Shown: positions 23,671 to 39,100, counted from the stretch's first letter. The stretch is DNA of 64,000 nucleotides from Paraspadella gotoi (GCA_051294375.1 CM119268.1:14714210-14778209); one strand, 5' to 3'. Numbers and translations are program-made. The notes: generated by a model from the letters alone, not told the origin.

Positions 23671-26636
23671 AGTAGACGTAAGACGTAAGTATTTGATTTT
23701 TTTATTCTTTGGATGAGGTACACAATTAATGTGTATCATCGAGTTGACTGTCGGAGTAATCTTTTTGAATCACACTAGTTTTAGTTTCATTCCTTTTTCT
23801 TTCACTGTAGGCTAGAATTGTATAAATATAATATACATAATTTATTTAGGCCAGACTATTTTTTTTTTTTTTTATTTTAAGAGGTTTCGTGTTTTGGACT
23901 TGGAATTTTTGTTTGAACAATTATTACATTAGAGAATATTTTAAAAATTTGTTAAATTATATGATCTATTGACTAGATTTAAATAATGAGGCATCATTTT
24001 TGGTGTCGGGTTATTTGGAGGTACTTCTGTGTGGGCGTGAATTTGAGTCTTATATACATTAGTAAATACAGTAATGGACTGATTAAAGACTCGGAACACC
24101 GAGCACGGGTCCAGCAACCGAGTCCGTTCTTATAGCTAAGAAATTTAATCTTAATCGTTGTTCACAAATTCTTAAGTATTTCTCTTTTTAAATACAATCA
24201 ATTGCTTATAAATAATTTTTAGTCACCATAAAAAGAATAGAAATATAATAAATTTCAGACGATTGGTCATTTTGTTTTTGTATCTTAGATTATATAAATA
24301 TNNNNNNNNNNNNNNNNNNNNNNNNNATCAAAGGTCGTCACGGCGCCATCGATGGCGAGAGGGAAAGAGGAAAGGAGGAAGGTGAAAGGGGCGGAGGTGG
24401 AGGGGTGAAGGAAAAAGAAAAGGAAAAGTGAAAAGAAGGAAAGAAAGGCAGTAAGAAAAAAGTAAGGAAGGAAAGAAGGAAGGAAGGAAGGAAAGAAGGA
24501 AGGAAGGAAGGAAGGAAGGAAGGAAGGAAGGAAGGAAGGAAGGAAGGAAGGAAGGAAGGGAAAATGGAAGGAAGAAAAAAAGTAAGGAAAGAAGGAAGTA
24601 AACTAACGTACACGGTGATTTGAGAAAAAAAATTTCAGCGAAAACTTTTTTTTAAAACCACCACCCCACAATCAATACCACAACCACAACCGTCCACATC
24701 CACAGATGACAAACTCCGTTTCCTTTCCTCCTCTAAACCCGCGAGTTTCTCTTCTTTTTCTCTCCTCTTAATATTTTTAAACTTCTTCTTCAAATTCAGT
24801 TGCGAATTCTCGTCTGGGTTTTTCTATCCAATTTTTTTTTTCCCCGTCGACGCCGCTCTCTCTCGCTCTCTCTCGCTCTCTCTCTCTCGTTCTATCCCCC
24901 TCTTCTCTCCTTCTAATCTTTCGCAGAACGCTCTTCTTCCAACCCTTCCCTTTCATCGTCTTCGCGCCCCNNNNNNNNNNNNNNNNNNNNNNNNNNNNNN
25001 NNNNNNNNNNNNNNNNNNNNNNNNNNNNNNNNNNNNNNNNNNNNNNNNNNNNNNNNNNNNNNNNNNNNNNNNNNNNNNNNNNNNNNNNNNNNNNNNNNNN
25101 NNNNNNNNNNNNNNNNNNNNNNNNNNNNNNNNNNNNCGCCCGCCAATCGAGGATCCCGTCCTCTTAGAGGCGAAATCGATTTCGTAGGGATGAACTCGAT
25201 TTTTTTTTTCTTGCTAGAAAATCGACGGAAACTAAATCGAACGGAGATGTTAACTCAACTTTTAGGCGTTAAATCGACGACATAAAGTTTAATGGGAAAT
25301 GGAAGAGTTTCGATTTAAAAGTTTCCAATTGAAATTCTTGTCAATAATTACAATTATAATTATAATTTTGTCAACGAGGATTTTAAAAGACGAGAACCAC
25401 TCTCGCATTAATATTAAAAATATTTTTTTTTCCTCGGGAACCAAAAATAAATCATCGATTCACTAATTGTTCCAAAATACGACGACGGCGAATATAACGA
25501 CGACGACGACGACCGACGACGACGANNNNNNNNNNNNNNNNNNNNNNNNNNNNNNNNNNNNNNNNNNNNNNNNNNNNNNNNNNNNNNNNNNNNNNNNNNN
25601 NNNNNNNNNNNNNNNNNNNNNNNNNNNNNNNNNNNNNNNNNNNNNNNNNNNNNNNNNNNACGACGACTATTGCAAAGGCTAAAATGACGACGAAGACGAC
25701 GACGTCGACTGATTGAATGACAATTCCCTCGGCGCCATCGATTCCCCATCTCCCTCTCTCTCTCTCTCTCTGCCTCTTTCTCTCTCTCTCTCTCTTTCTC
25801 CCCACCGGCGACGCGCTCCGAAAAAATCGGCGCCACGCGCCAACGATTCGGCGCCGTTAACGCGTCACAAAACCGGCGTCGCCCGGATTCGGTCGGCGCC
25901 GGACTCGATAAGGCGCCGCGCAGGGANNNNNNNNNNNNNNNNNNNNNNNNNNNNNNNNNNNNNNNNNNNNNNNNNNNNNNNNNNNNNNNNNNNNNNNNNN
26001 NNNNNNNNNNNNNNNNNNNNNNNNNNNNNNNNNNNNNNNNNNNNNNNNNNNNNNNNNNNNNNNNNNNNNNNNNNNNNNNNNNNNNNNCTCTATTGCAGCG
26101 CCGGGTCCGCGTGAGGGATCTGCTGGGCCGAGTACGTAAGTGATTGCGGTGCCAGGCATCGTTGTGACGTCTTCTCGCGCTTACTTCTTCGCCGGTCCCG
26201 GGTCCCCCTCCCCTTCCGCTTCGGCGTCGTTAAAAATCGCCAACAACAAAACAACGACGATGACATTCATAACAACAACAACGAGGATGACGACGACGAC
26301 GACTTAACAAAGACGACGAGGGCTTGCTCGTATAACCAACTACAACAACGAAGACGACGACGACGACGACCACTAGACGCCCGCCAACGACACTGACGTC
26401 GATGATAAATGCTCTTCCTGATCAGCTGATCTCCACATCCGCACAAAAAGTCTCCACGTCGTCGTCGTCTTCTTTGTCGTCTTTTCCTCCCCCTCCTCCT
26501 CCTCCTCCTCCTCCTCCTCTCTTTGTCGTCGTCCGCCGTCGGTGATGCTAATGAGTTTCAAGCTGCTTCCGCCGAGACGTAATGACGTTCGGAAGGGGGC
26601 GATGTGGTCTTGGGGAAGGGAAAGGGGGGAGACGTC

Positions 26637-27077
26637 TTGAGGGGAAACTTGAGGTGGGAACGGGGATGGGGAAGCAAGAAGGGACCACTTGAGGGGAAAC
26701 TTGCCANNNNNNNNNNNNNNNNNNNNNNNNNNNNNNNNNNNNNNNNNNNNNNNNNNNNNNNNNNNNNNNNNNNNNNNNNNNNNNNNNNNNNNNNNNNNNN
26801 NNNNNNNNNNNNNNNNNNNNNNNNNNNNNNNNNNNNNNNNNNNNNNNNNNNNNNNNNNNNNNNNNNNNNNNNNNNNNNNNNNNNNNNNNNNNNNNNNNNN
26901 NNNNNNNNNNNNNNNNNNNNACGGGGACGGGGAAGCAAGAGGGGACCACTTGAGAGTATACTTGCCAGGGATCATAGGTGGGAACGGGGACGGGGAAACA
27001 AGAAGGGATCACTTGAGGGGAAACTTGCAAGAGAGCAGAGGTGGGGACGGGAAGACAGAAAGGATCACTCGAGGGGT
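26637..27077. repeat. ~50-bp minisatellite spanning an N-gap
   Basis: Unit ~CTTGAGGGGAAACTTG(..)AGGTGGGAACGGGGA(C/T)GGGGAAGCAAGAAGGGACCA occurs at least 4 times on both sides of the gap 26707-26920. Confidence 0.85.
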
Positions 27078-29166
27078 GCAATTATAAGGAGAAGAATAAT
27101 GAGAGAGACTCAGAGAGCCAGAAGGTAATTGAAAGGTGGATTTTGGGTGATTGGGAAATTGATTGGGCAATTGAATGGTTGAAGCTTCTTCATTTTTCTT
27201 TGTCGTCTCGAGATAACGTCTCACGAATCAAGGATATCTTGCGGGTTACCTTATTCACATTTCGAGATTTTCAGAATGTACAGATGTACCATCTAAATGT
27301 TACTCGGGGGGGGGGNNNNNNNNNNNNNNNNNNNNNNNNNNNNNNNNNNNNNNNNNNNNNNNNNNNNNNNNNNNNNNNNNNNNNNNNNNNNNNNNNNNNN
27401 NNNNNNNNNNNNNNNNNNNNNNNNNNNNNNNNNNNNNNNNNNNNNNNNNNNNNNNNNNNNNNNNNNNNNNNNNNNNNNNNNNNNNNNNNNNNNNNACTCT
27501 CTCTCTATCTCGCTCTCTCGAAATAACCGTCGCGAACCCCGTAATTTCGCCCCCGATAACCGAACGTCGGCGGCGTCGCGCGGACGGAGTGGGGCGCTGC
27601 AGGGGGTTGGGGGCGCGTCGGCCGCAATCGCGACGAGGAGACTCTCTCCGTAACGAAGCCGTAACTGCGAAGTCGGCGGTGGAATCGACGGTGGTGGCGA
27701 TAGGTGGCGGGGGTGTCTCCAGNNNNNNNNNNNNNNNNNNNNNNNNNNNNNNNNNNNNNNNNNNNNNNNNNNNNNNNNNNNNNNNNNNNNNNNNNNNNNN
27801 NNNNNNNNNNNNNNNNNNNNNNNNNNNNNNNNNNNNNNNNNNNNNNNNNNNNNNNNNNNNNNNNNNNNNNNNNNNNNNNNNNNNNNNNNNNNNNNNNNNN
27901 NNNNNNNNNNNNNNNNNNNNNNNNNNNNNNNNNNNNNNNNNNNNNNNNNNNNNNNNNNNNNNNNNNNNNNNNNNNNNNNNNNNNNNNNNNNNNNNNNNNN
28001 NNNNNNNNNNNAAAGGGGGGAGGAGAGAAGAGAGGAAAGAAAAGGGAAATAGATAGAGCAAAGGAGGGAGGATCTAGAGGAAAAGAAAAATACGAACGAG
28101 AAGAAAAAAAAGGATAAGAAAAGTTAAGGTTGAGGAGAAAAGATGAGTTGTGAAAAAAAGGGAGGAAAAGGGAGGAAAGAAGAAAATATGAAAAAAGGAC
28201 GTACAAAAATCGACCAAAGACTTTTTTTTTTAACTTTAATTCTCTTTGGTTTCTCTTTTTATGTTTTTCTTAGTCTCTACTTTTCTTCTTTTTTGCGCCC
28301 TATCGATGTTTAAATATTTCTTGATACTTTCATTATTATTTTCTCCTTTTTCTTCTATTTTTCTGTTACAATTTTTTACTTTTAAGACTTTTCCCTCACA
28401 TGCATTGATTTTCTCTTTTTCTTTAAGTTTCACACTTTTTCTTCTCTTCTTCATATTTCTACTCTTTTTTCTTTCTTTTTCACCCTTCTTACCTCATATC
28501 ACGCCTCTAGTTCACCCTACAACCTTTCCAGTCTCCACTGCACACCTCGTCGTTTCCTTTCCTCCCACCCCAACCCTTCCATCGCTCGCCTCCTTCTCCC
28601 TCTCTGCTCCGTGGACCGTGCTTTCCTCCCAATTCAAGGCTGACTGCGGTTTTGACCCCAACGCTTCATCGACGCTGTCGTCTTCCTGAGTTCTGCTGCT
28701 GCGCTGCACCCATCGGTGATGCGCTGCGATATGCTGTTGCTTCTGCATCCATTCTAGAGATGTGTGACGCTCAATATCTAGGGTTTATTTTTATTTTTAT
28801 TTCTTTTTTCGGATAACTATCGGCGAGGGTCAGGAACTAGTGATATTAGTAATATTTTTCTCGAAATCGGCTAATTTGCTTTGCTTCCTCTTGCTCCGGA
28901 TTTTGGACTGCTGCTCTGAAGGTCGATTGAACTTTCAGCTCCCGCGTGATTTGTTTTCCAGTCTTGCGGCCGCTATTGCGATTAAACTTGATAAGTGTTT
29001 TAAATGTTAGATTATAACATAATTTGCGAGACTCGACCCAATTTGAACGAGAATCCACCAACCAATCGTATTTTATTGTCTGACTTTGTTTGGATTGAAA
29101 AAAAAAATATCAAGGAATTCATATTTTAGTGTTATCGCTGTGGCTGGGTGGGAGCGAAAGAGAGAT

Positions 29167-29248
<82 letters not shown>

Positions 29249-29785
29249 AGAGAGACGAAGAGAGAGAAAGAAGAGGGGGTTTTATTTGCCAGAGAGGTGG
29301 TCGGAGCGGGAAGATCGGGTTGAAGCAGAAAGTTTGTTGAGCAAAACGACGGAAGGATTGTTTGGCAACAGAAAAATATTCTATAAATCAGAGAAAGAAA
29401 AAAAAACGAGCAAGAGCGGGATGAGAGGAGAGGGAGAGAGAGAGAGAGAGAGAGAAGAGAGAGAGAGGAAGAGAGAGGAGAGAGAGAGAGAGAGAGAGAG
29501 GATCAAAATTCGATTTGTGGGCGCATGGTCGTTGGGTTGTATACGTGCTTCTCTCTCTTTACAGTTTTCTTCACTTTAAATAGGCAAAGGGAAAATAAAA
29601 GAAGAGGAGAAAAGAAATAAAGGAGAATAAGTACGTAAAAGATGAATAAAAAAGGGAAAAGGAAGAAAAAAGGAAACAAGATTCGCGCCGAAATTTTTTT
29701 GTCTCGAATGTCAGAAAACAAAAAGTTGTTTTCGTTGAGCGGAAAAAAATTTTAGGGAAAAATAGGAATGGAAGGAAAGAAAGAA

Positions 29786-29817
<32 letters not shown>

Positions 29818-30529
29818 CAAAGAAAGAAAGAAAAGAAAGAAGAAAGACACAGAAGTAAAGAAAGAAAAACAAGAAAGAAAACAAGAACAAGAAAGAAGAA
29901 AAGCAAAAAAGAATAGAAAGTAAGAAAAAAAAAGGACAAAAAGAAAAGCAGGAAAAAAAAAGAAAATAAAGTCAGAGCAGAAAGAAAAGTTTCGGACCGC
30001 GAAAAAGTTTTTAAAAAAGGGATAACATACGAATATACAAAAAAAAGGAAAAAAAAGAGAAAAGAAAAAAAAAAAAAAAAAAGGAAAGTGAATCTTTCGT
30101 AGGACGAAGACCACACGTTTCGGGCTTCGCCAGCTTGAGTTTCGACCGCCAGGCGCCCCCTCTCGCTCCTCCCCTCGCTCCCTCTTTGGCCCCCATCCTT
30201 TTCGCCTTCCCCCCCTTTCCCTTCCCGCGCCCGCAAATCGTTTTCTTTTTAAGGTTTTTTTTTTTTTTTCCTTTTTATTTAAACAGGTTTTTTGCTTTTC
30301 TTCGATATCCCTTCTGTTCCGTCCGATCTTCTTTCTTTCTTTCTTTTCTTCTAATTCCCTTTTCGACTAGCTCTTCTCTCGTCGTCCCCTACTTTCTGTC
30401 TTTACCTTTATTTCTCCTTCTCCCTTTCTTGCGCTTCGGATTTACATTACAAATTCTTCTTCCTCTGGTGTTTTTTGTTTTTTTACCTCCGAGTCCGACA
30501 TTCAAAAGTTTTTCTCATCTCTCTCTCTC

Positions 30530-30591
<62 letters not shown>

Positions 30592-30876
30592 CTCTCTTTT
30601 AGGGCACCGTATCTGTTGTCTTCGGGATGTTCCGTTTCTCGCCCTGATCTGCCCTTTTGTACTCAAGTCCGCTTCCTTTTCGTCCACCTCTGAATCCCCA
30701 CTATCATCTCCTCCTCCTCCCTCCTCCTCTTCTTCCTCCTCCATCCTTCAAGCTCAGACTCCTCCTCTAAATCCCCCCTCCGTTTTTTTTATGATTCCCA
30801 GCCGAGGGACGCCTGGGGCAGACCAGCAATAGCCCGCGAAATCGTTTCAGTACGAGAGAGGAGAGAGAAAGAAGGG

Positions 30877-30923
<47 letters not shown>

Positions 30924-31618
30924 CAGGTGAGCAGAAGAGACTATCAGGGAAATGGGATGGAGAATGGTGTGACACAAGATAGATGGAGAGAGTAGGGAAG
31001 GGAGGCAGAGAGTGGGGAGGGAGGGATGAGAGACGGGAGAGACCTCCTATCTCCCCTGGCGTTTTCAGACGCCGACGGCGGCGGCGGCGGCGGCGCGGCG
31101 GCGGCGGCGCCGTCGGCAAGCGGCGGGGATTTGAAAAAGGCGAATTTGAAACGACGCTCGTAAGTTAGTATGAAAGTTTTTGTTAAAAATGAAGGTTAAA
31201 ACACTGGTACGTTTCTTCCTTCTCGTAGTTCAAAAGGATTAAGGTTGTGCTAAGCGGGCGATCGATCGAGAGAGGGTTGGTGCCTCGAAAAACTCCCGAA
31301 GAACATTTATCGCGTTATTTTTAAAAAGGATCGTTTAACGGACGCGGTAAAAAAAAATTTACTATTTATCCGCTTAGCAACCGTCATCGTTTTCTCATTG
31401 TTATCGTTTTGAACTTCGTCGTCGTCCCTCGTCGTCAGCGTACATCGTTATCTTTGTCGTCGTCCTTCTTCTGTCGACGACGGCTCGGCGATCATACTCG
31501 GACTCAAGTCCTCAGGTTCAGATTTCATTAGAATTTTTTCCTAATTCAATTTAGTTTCATGGAGCCAGTGAAATTAAAGAGTGAACATTCAATGTATTTC
31601 CCCGCGTCTCTCTCCTCT

Positions 31619-31688
<70 letters not shown>

Positions 31689-33067
31689 TCTCTCTCTTTC
31701 TCCTTTTCTCTATTAAAACTTTTTTCCTAGATAAAATTAAAAAAAAAAGAAAACGAAAATTAAGTACACGTTAGTGACTGACATACCTTAAGTAATTTAC
31801 TAATAAATTACACTCTCTTCCCTTTTTTTTCTCTCTCTCTCCATCAATCTTCTTCTCTCTTATCTCTCTCTCTCCATCTCTCTCCCCCTTCTCCCCTTCT
31901 TCCTCTTTTCCTGCCGGCCGATCTTCGTCGACGTCGCCGACGCCGAAAGGCCGGCCCGTCGAAGGCAGAGAGAGAGAGAGACGCAAGAGAGAGAGAGAGA
32001 GAGAGGAGAGACACGACGAGAGACGGAGAGAGATGACAGAAGAAGAAGAAGAGTGAGAGGAGAGGAAAGACAGAGAGGAGAAGCCGGCCACCACCCCACG
32101 AAATCGTCTCATGAGGCTCTAGGGTTTGAAACTACGAAGAGAGAGTGGGTGGATAGAGAATCGAGAGTGAGAGTAGCAAAGTAGAGAGAAAGGAGAAAAT
32201 AGAGAAGAGAGGAGAGGAAAAAAAAAATAAAATATAAAAATTGTAAAAGAAAAGAAGAAAAAACGAAATATAAAAGATAAGAAATTTCTGGATATATAAT
32301 TTCTTTTCGAAATTAGTTAATAATCACGCATAAAGATGTTCTCTAATTCTTAATGCTAAAAAAATATCGCAAAGGGTTAAAAATCCCTATTTTTCGATTA
32401 ATGAGGGATAGAAAACGAGAGACAAAATAAAAGAGCGAAAGAGAAACGCGATTGAAGAGAGAGAGAACAGAGAAAAGCTGGCCAAAGCTTCGTTTCCGTC
32501 GTGAACGATCGCAGCGTTCCACGCTTAATGGCGGCGTCAATCGGAGAGACGCTCTTGCGTCGCGCGTGACGTCGACGCACGCCGCCGAGATTTTTCGAGT
32601 TCGAGGCCACCTTCGCCCCTCGCCCCGTCCACTCCCTCCACACCTCACCATCCCCTCTCCCTCCAATGTCGCGTTTCGTGACGCTAAATTTCGAATGCGT
32701 TCAAAAAAAAAAAAAAAAAAAAATCCAAACCGCGCTCGATCCGTACGGTGCGGACGAAAAAAAAATGGAGGAGAGAGACAGGGATGTTCCGTTATGTTTT
32801 CTATTTTCGGTCCGCTCTGGGCGCGGAACTCGGCACGCGCCGAGGTCACGTGACCGTCGCAAGGGGGACGAGGCGGCGGATCGGAACGGAATGATGGGGC
32901 GGAGGAAGGGTGGCTCAGGGGGGNNNNNNNNNNNNNNNNNNNNNNNNNTTTTAAAAGCGAAACACATTGGATATTTGTTTCTCATTAATTCTCCGTCGAT
33001 TTCAAAGTCAAAACTCCGACGAATCTTTTAACTTCGGACTTGGGGCCGCCATTTGAATATGACCTCT

Positions 33068-33165
<98 letters not shown>

Positions 33166-33820
33166 CTCTTCCTCTCGTTCAAGTGGCTGAGCGAACTCAG
33201 CCTACGCCCTTAATATCGAGCAACTGGTTCCATTCACGAATTAAGTTCTAACCGGCTTTTTCGCAAAATAAGAAGTTATGATTCCCACCCAACGAATTCC
33301 CTCGGACTCCGATCATCGCGCACAAATTCTCGATTATCAAATACAGAAAAAAAAAAGTCCGCCCGCCGATGATTTCTTCATCCTTGGGTCTCTTAACGAT
33401 GGCGTCGCCCTTGGCAACGGAGAAGCACGAACGAAACGATTTTCCCGGAAATCGGATTTTAAGATGCGAAATCATTCGCTGACACCCTTTCGCCCAGACG
33501 GGCAAAGGTATTCTCTTATCTGATACTTAAAAAATTTTTTAAAGCTATTATAATAAATAAGAAAAAAACTATTTTTAACAGTAATTTTAACCGATTCCCA
33601 CTTATATTTCATTTTCTCCATCGAACCCAAACCCAAACTCGGTCCCCGCTCCCCCGCCTCCGACACAAACGCCCTCTTCCGGACGCCGCCCAACCGAAAC
33701 CGATTCTCTTCTGCTCGCCGCTCCGCCTGCCCGCCCGCCTACCCGCTCCGCCCGCCCTTCCCGCCTGCCCGCCCTTCCCTGAGGAATCGACGGAGCGCTA
33801 ACGACGCGGCGCGGCGCCGT

Positions 33821-33918
<98 letters not shown>

Positions 33919-36157
33919 TCCTTTTTTAAATTTTTTTCTTCCGTTGTTAGTTTCAATTTAAAAATTAGTTAAACCCTTCTAAATTTCCACCCGCCTTTTT
34001 ATATGTGAAATCTCGCCCTTAAAACTTTTAGCTTCGACCAGAGGGAGAGAGAGTGAGTGAGAGAGAGACGACGAGAGAGAGCGAGAGGTTTTCGTGATTC
34101 GGCGAAAAGGGCCTCGGTCGATTTTTAAGATAAGAGGGGCAAAACGATTTGTATGATGGGAAGCGATGGGAGTAGAAAAAGAAACGATGAGACGCGAAAA
34201 TAAAAGCGAGAAGATATTTAAATTTTAAAGCTATGAGCAGCGAACAAAAGCTATGAGAAGCGATTTGAAGTGAAGTGATGGTGAGTTAGAGATGAGCGAT
34301 TGTGAAAACATTAAATCTCGAGAAAAAAAACTTATAATCTCTTCGAAGTGACTTTCACGAGCGGACGTGAAATTCCTTGAATCCCCACTCAGCCTTCAGA
34401 CGTGAGACGATCAAAGTTATTATGAAGATTTCGCCTTCGACTTTCGACGAACTCACTTCACAATTTTCGGATGTGAAGATTTGAAAGTTCGAATGAAAAA
34501 AGTTTATACCGTGTTTCCAGTTTATAAATATAAAATAAGTAAACAAGATGTTTTTAAAAATAGGTTCACAGATTTTTGTATTGTGAACTTCAAGCCTAAC
34601 TTTACTAAACGACTTCATACGTGAACAAAAAACCGTCCAGGGACCAAGAGAGTGTGAATGCAGACTGTGAAATACGAGACAAAAACTCGTATCGATATTT
34701 CGTTGTTTTTGCCCAAATTTTCAGGGTGAAAAGCGTTTGTGAAGGACGTCGAATTTACTCGCTCGTCTCTGGGAATTTACTATTCGTCACCGTTATTTTC
34801 TTTTCGTTAAATTATGAACTCTTTTTCTTCTAAGCGCGATATCGATTTTGTCCGGTTCTCAGTTGTTCCAAGTACTTTTGATCGTCTACTATAAATATAA
34901 ATAATAATCCTGTTCGTGCTTTATTACTTTACTCACTTTTTCACCCGCATAAAATCGCCGTCATTTACTTTTTAAACTTTTTCTAGTTTTTCATTGGTTT
35001 TTACTTTTTCTCTCTTTTTTTATCTTATTAACTTTTCCTTCACTCCCTCTACCCTTATGTCTCTCCCATTCTCCCTTCCTTTCTTTCCCTAAAATTCTCC
35101 CCCCTTCCTCCCCCCATGATCACGTCCGGGACGCGTGAACGAAGCAGAAAGAATATCGCCGCCGGGGCCTCGACGCTTCTTCCCAGGGGTCACAAAATCG
35201 TGAGTGGACTGAGGAGCGAAAGCGGAAGCGGAAAGATAACGAGAGAAGAGAAGATGAGAGAGACTAAATGAGAGAGACGAGGATGACTAGAGAGAAACGA
35301 GAGAGGAGAAGGGATTACCGAGCCCTGCAGTAAGAGCGAGAGAGAGAGATGGAGAGGAGAGAGAGAGCAAAACAAATCTCCCCCCCTTCTCCCTACTATC
35401 TCGTTTCCCCAAGACGGCCTTTCCGATGCCCCCACCGACGCCTTGTCGAATCGCTGAACCCCTAATGTGATTCAGACTTTTCTGTGCGATATTCAGCCAC
35501 CCCGTCCAATAAGCCCCACCGAACTTAACTCACTCTCTCTCTTTCTCTTTCTCACCCGTCTTTCACAGACGGTCGGAGCGAGGACGCGTCTGAGACTCTC
35601 TTCTTCTCTTCAATCAGTCTGTCTCACTCTTTCACTTTTTCACTCTTTCACTTTTTCACTCTTTCAGTTTCACTCTGTTTCCCCTCACACTGTCACATTT
35701 CACATTCGTTCTTTTCTCTCATATTTTCTCGCTCTATCATATCTTGTCATATTGTCAATTGTCATTTTATACTTCTTTCATTCCCTTTCAATATAAATTT
35801 TTTTCTCTTTTTTTCTTTCACTTTACTTTTGAATTTGAGATATATTTTACAACTTTTGAACTCTAAAATAAATTTATTTAACTAAAGTCTAAACTAAACT
35901 CCTCTCCCACTTCTTCGTCGTTGCCTCTTTTCTGTTGCTCTTCTCTTATTCTCTTTTCCCTCTATCATCCACCCACTGCAGTCTCCAGTCTCCAGTCTCC
36001 ACTCGCCTCTCCCTCTCCATCCGCCTTCTCGCTCTCTTTTTTTCCCTTTCACAAAGTCACGGGGTCACCTCTCCTTCTCCTCTTTCACCTCCTCGATCTG
36101 CGGTGGTTAAAACTTTTGGATGAGAGAGAGAGAGGAGATGATCTGACTGACGAGACG

Positions 36158-36188
<31 letters not shown>

Positions 36189-39100
36189 GAGGTTCCCCGT
36201 TTCGCTCTTTAACCCCTTCCGAAGCAGATCACCCTGGCGCCGAGTCCGTTGCCCCATTTTTCCCCACCTTCCACTTTGGATCAGACCGCGCCGCCTCCTC
36301 ACCCAGCATGTCACCCGACGCTGTCACCGAAAGGCTTCGCTCGATGCCAAGGTTCACTCCCAGAGCGATCGTGTGGCGTCGTCGTCGTCGTCGTTGTCAT
36401 CGTCGCCCTCCTCAATCGGTCCGGCGCCACCTTGATCATCGGCCTCCTTTGTCAGTCACATTTTTCGATTGTTTCTAAATTAGGCAAAACGATTGAAATG
36501 CTCTTTTTTTTCCTTTTTTTTTTTAATTAGGCAAAACAATTGAAATGCTCATTACTATTGTCTCGCTTAAGTTTGTGTTAGTTGGGTTAAGTTCAAAAAG
36601 CTGCCGAAATTATTCAAGATACTTTATTCAATTGTTATGTTTGTAAAATATTTAAACCCTAAATTTTTAAATTATTATTTCTCATACGTGATAATTTCTA
36701 AATTTTACCTAATTTTAAAGGATTCCTCGATGATCAATGATTTGGACAATTTCGCAGAAAACCTAGATTTATGTAATATTAAATAGTGATAAGTCGTCAC
36801 TTTCATTGTCGTCGTCGTCTTCGTCGTCATCGTCATCAACCTCCACCTATTTGTCATCAACGGTGACGATTTTCATTAGCCTTGGTTTTTGTTGTCGGCG
36901 TCGGCGTTGCCATTGGCGACGGGGCTTCCCTCGTTGCGACTTCGATCCTGACCCCATAACCTGAATCCGTCAGATTCAGAGTCGAAAATCGGGGAATCGA
37001 CAGATAGCGAAGGTCCATGGGGTTGGGGTCTGGAGGGGGCTCGAGAAGTGGGGGTTCTGGTTCGGGGGAAGGATGCCGAGGTAGTGGCGCAAGCTTGAAG
37101 ACTCGTGGTTTTTGTTTTTTTTTACAAAAAAATTCATAAAGAACGTCAGAGAAAAAGAATTGAGAGAAGCGAGCAGAAAGAAAGCAAGAGTGAAGGCAAA
37201 GTGATTGGAGTGAGAGAAAGAGATTGAGACAAAAAGAGAATGAGAGAGAGGCAGGGAGAGAGAGGGACAGAGAGGTTATCTTCAGGCCGGATGAGAGTCT
37301 AGACTCGAGGATAAAGNNNNNNNNNNNNNNNNNNNNNNNNNCAGGACGTACGTGAGGAGGAGGGGAGGAGGGAGAGGAGGCCGGAAGGAGGAAGAGGAAG
37401 AAAGAAGAACGAAGGGGAGTCGTCGAACACGAATGGGCGTCTGGGAGGGCGAGAAGAGTGGGAGAGGAGAAGAGCGATCAAGGAGTTAAACGGAGGAAGA
37501 TAACGAGGAAAGCGGAAGGAAAGGAAAGGAGAAATTTAGTGTCGAAAAAAGGAAAGGAAGAGGGGAAAAAAAAAGGAAAGTAGAAGGATAAGAGATATAA
37601 AAAGAGATAATAAAGTAAGCAGAATCGTGTGACGGGAAATGTGAAGAAAACGTAACGAAGGGAGAAAACGAAAGCAAAAGAGAGAAACGAAAAGTTGGCT
37701 GGATTTTTAAGGGGGGGCACGCGCCAGACGCAGAAGGAAAAAAAGGGAATGGACGATTTCAGAGAGGGAGGAATGAGAGAGGAGAAGACGAAGAAGAGGG
37801 AAAGCTAGGAAAGAGGAGGAGGGAAAAAAAAAAAGGGATCAGGGGGGCCCCCCCCCGGGCCCCCGAAATGCGCCCGTGACGGCAGACCCGGAAGCGAGGG
37901 AGGCGCTCCGGTTTTTAGTCGTCGGAACTCCGAAAACCTCGTACCGTTCGGAGAGAGGAACTATTCGTCCTACGATCACCAGATTCCCCCTTCGGTCCCT
38001 ACCGGGCGCGTTTAATAGCGGAGTATACGGAGCGAGCTGAAATGGGGCACGCGCGCCGGCCGAGCGAGAGAGAAGAGGCAAGAAAGAGGAAAGCCATGCC
38101 CGTTCGCTCCTTCTAAACGCTTTCGCTTTCTCTTTCACATATATATCACTTTCGCTTTCAATGTTTTTGCTTTGGATAGTTTATATTCTCTCTTTTCTCT
38201 TTCCTCTTTTCTACCTTTTACTTTCTCGCGTGTTTTAGTCTTTTAAAAGCTCATCCGCGAATTATGATGATTACTCTCTATTTGAGCTTTTTATGCTTCT
38301 TTTTTTATTACTCATTCATTCATTTTTTATCTTTCCTTTCCACTTATTTTTCTTTTTCTTCTTTCTCATATTTCTAGTGGTTTAGTTCTATTATATATTT
38401 ATTTATCTTTCATCTCTTTCACTTTCACGATCATACTCTTCCTTTCCTTCCTATTCTTTCTCGGCCGAGACCATTCGACGCCGACGCGACGCCGAGCGAT
38501 CGCACGAGGCCGCCTTTAGCCCTTAGACGCTTTCCGCTACAGACTTACCCCCCCTTTTCTCCTCCTTTCGCCCAGCCGCGCCGGTTCGCTCTCCGGCTCT
38601 CTTCCTCTCCTCGCTCTCGCTCTCGTCTCGGCTCCTCTCTCGCGGAGCCGCGGGGCCTAAAACACAATAGACGGCCCCGCGTCGCCCGACGAACGCCACG
38701 GCACCCGACAGGCGAGACGTGGGGGGTGGGGAGTGAAAGGGTGAGATGGGGAAGATGAGATGGAGGAGGTCCGCAGCAACGCGGGCGGCGAAGACCAAGG
38801 CTTTCATGGCGAGAAAAGGGACTTGGGTAAGAAAAGGAAGGGGGTAAGGGTTCACGACGGGGTCGACGTGCAGGATGTTGGAAACTAAGCTTTGGCGAAG
38901 GAAGGCGGAAAGAGCAACGACTGAATCTAAAAGCAAGCAAACTGAACCGAGGTCTTAGGCAAGCAAAACCGAGCTGAGACACAAACAAAAACGGCTAGAA
39001 CGTGGCAAAGAGGGTAAGTAAAAACTAATCTTGAGGATGGGTATATCCAAGCACGGCAAAGAAGCGAAACGGAAGCTTGTGAAAATAACATCATGTAGTG

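Noticed and set aside
26637-27077. Regularly spaced repeats considered as a CRISPR array
   Set aside because: Eukaryotic context, contiguous units without unique spacers and no cas genes; it is a minisatellite.
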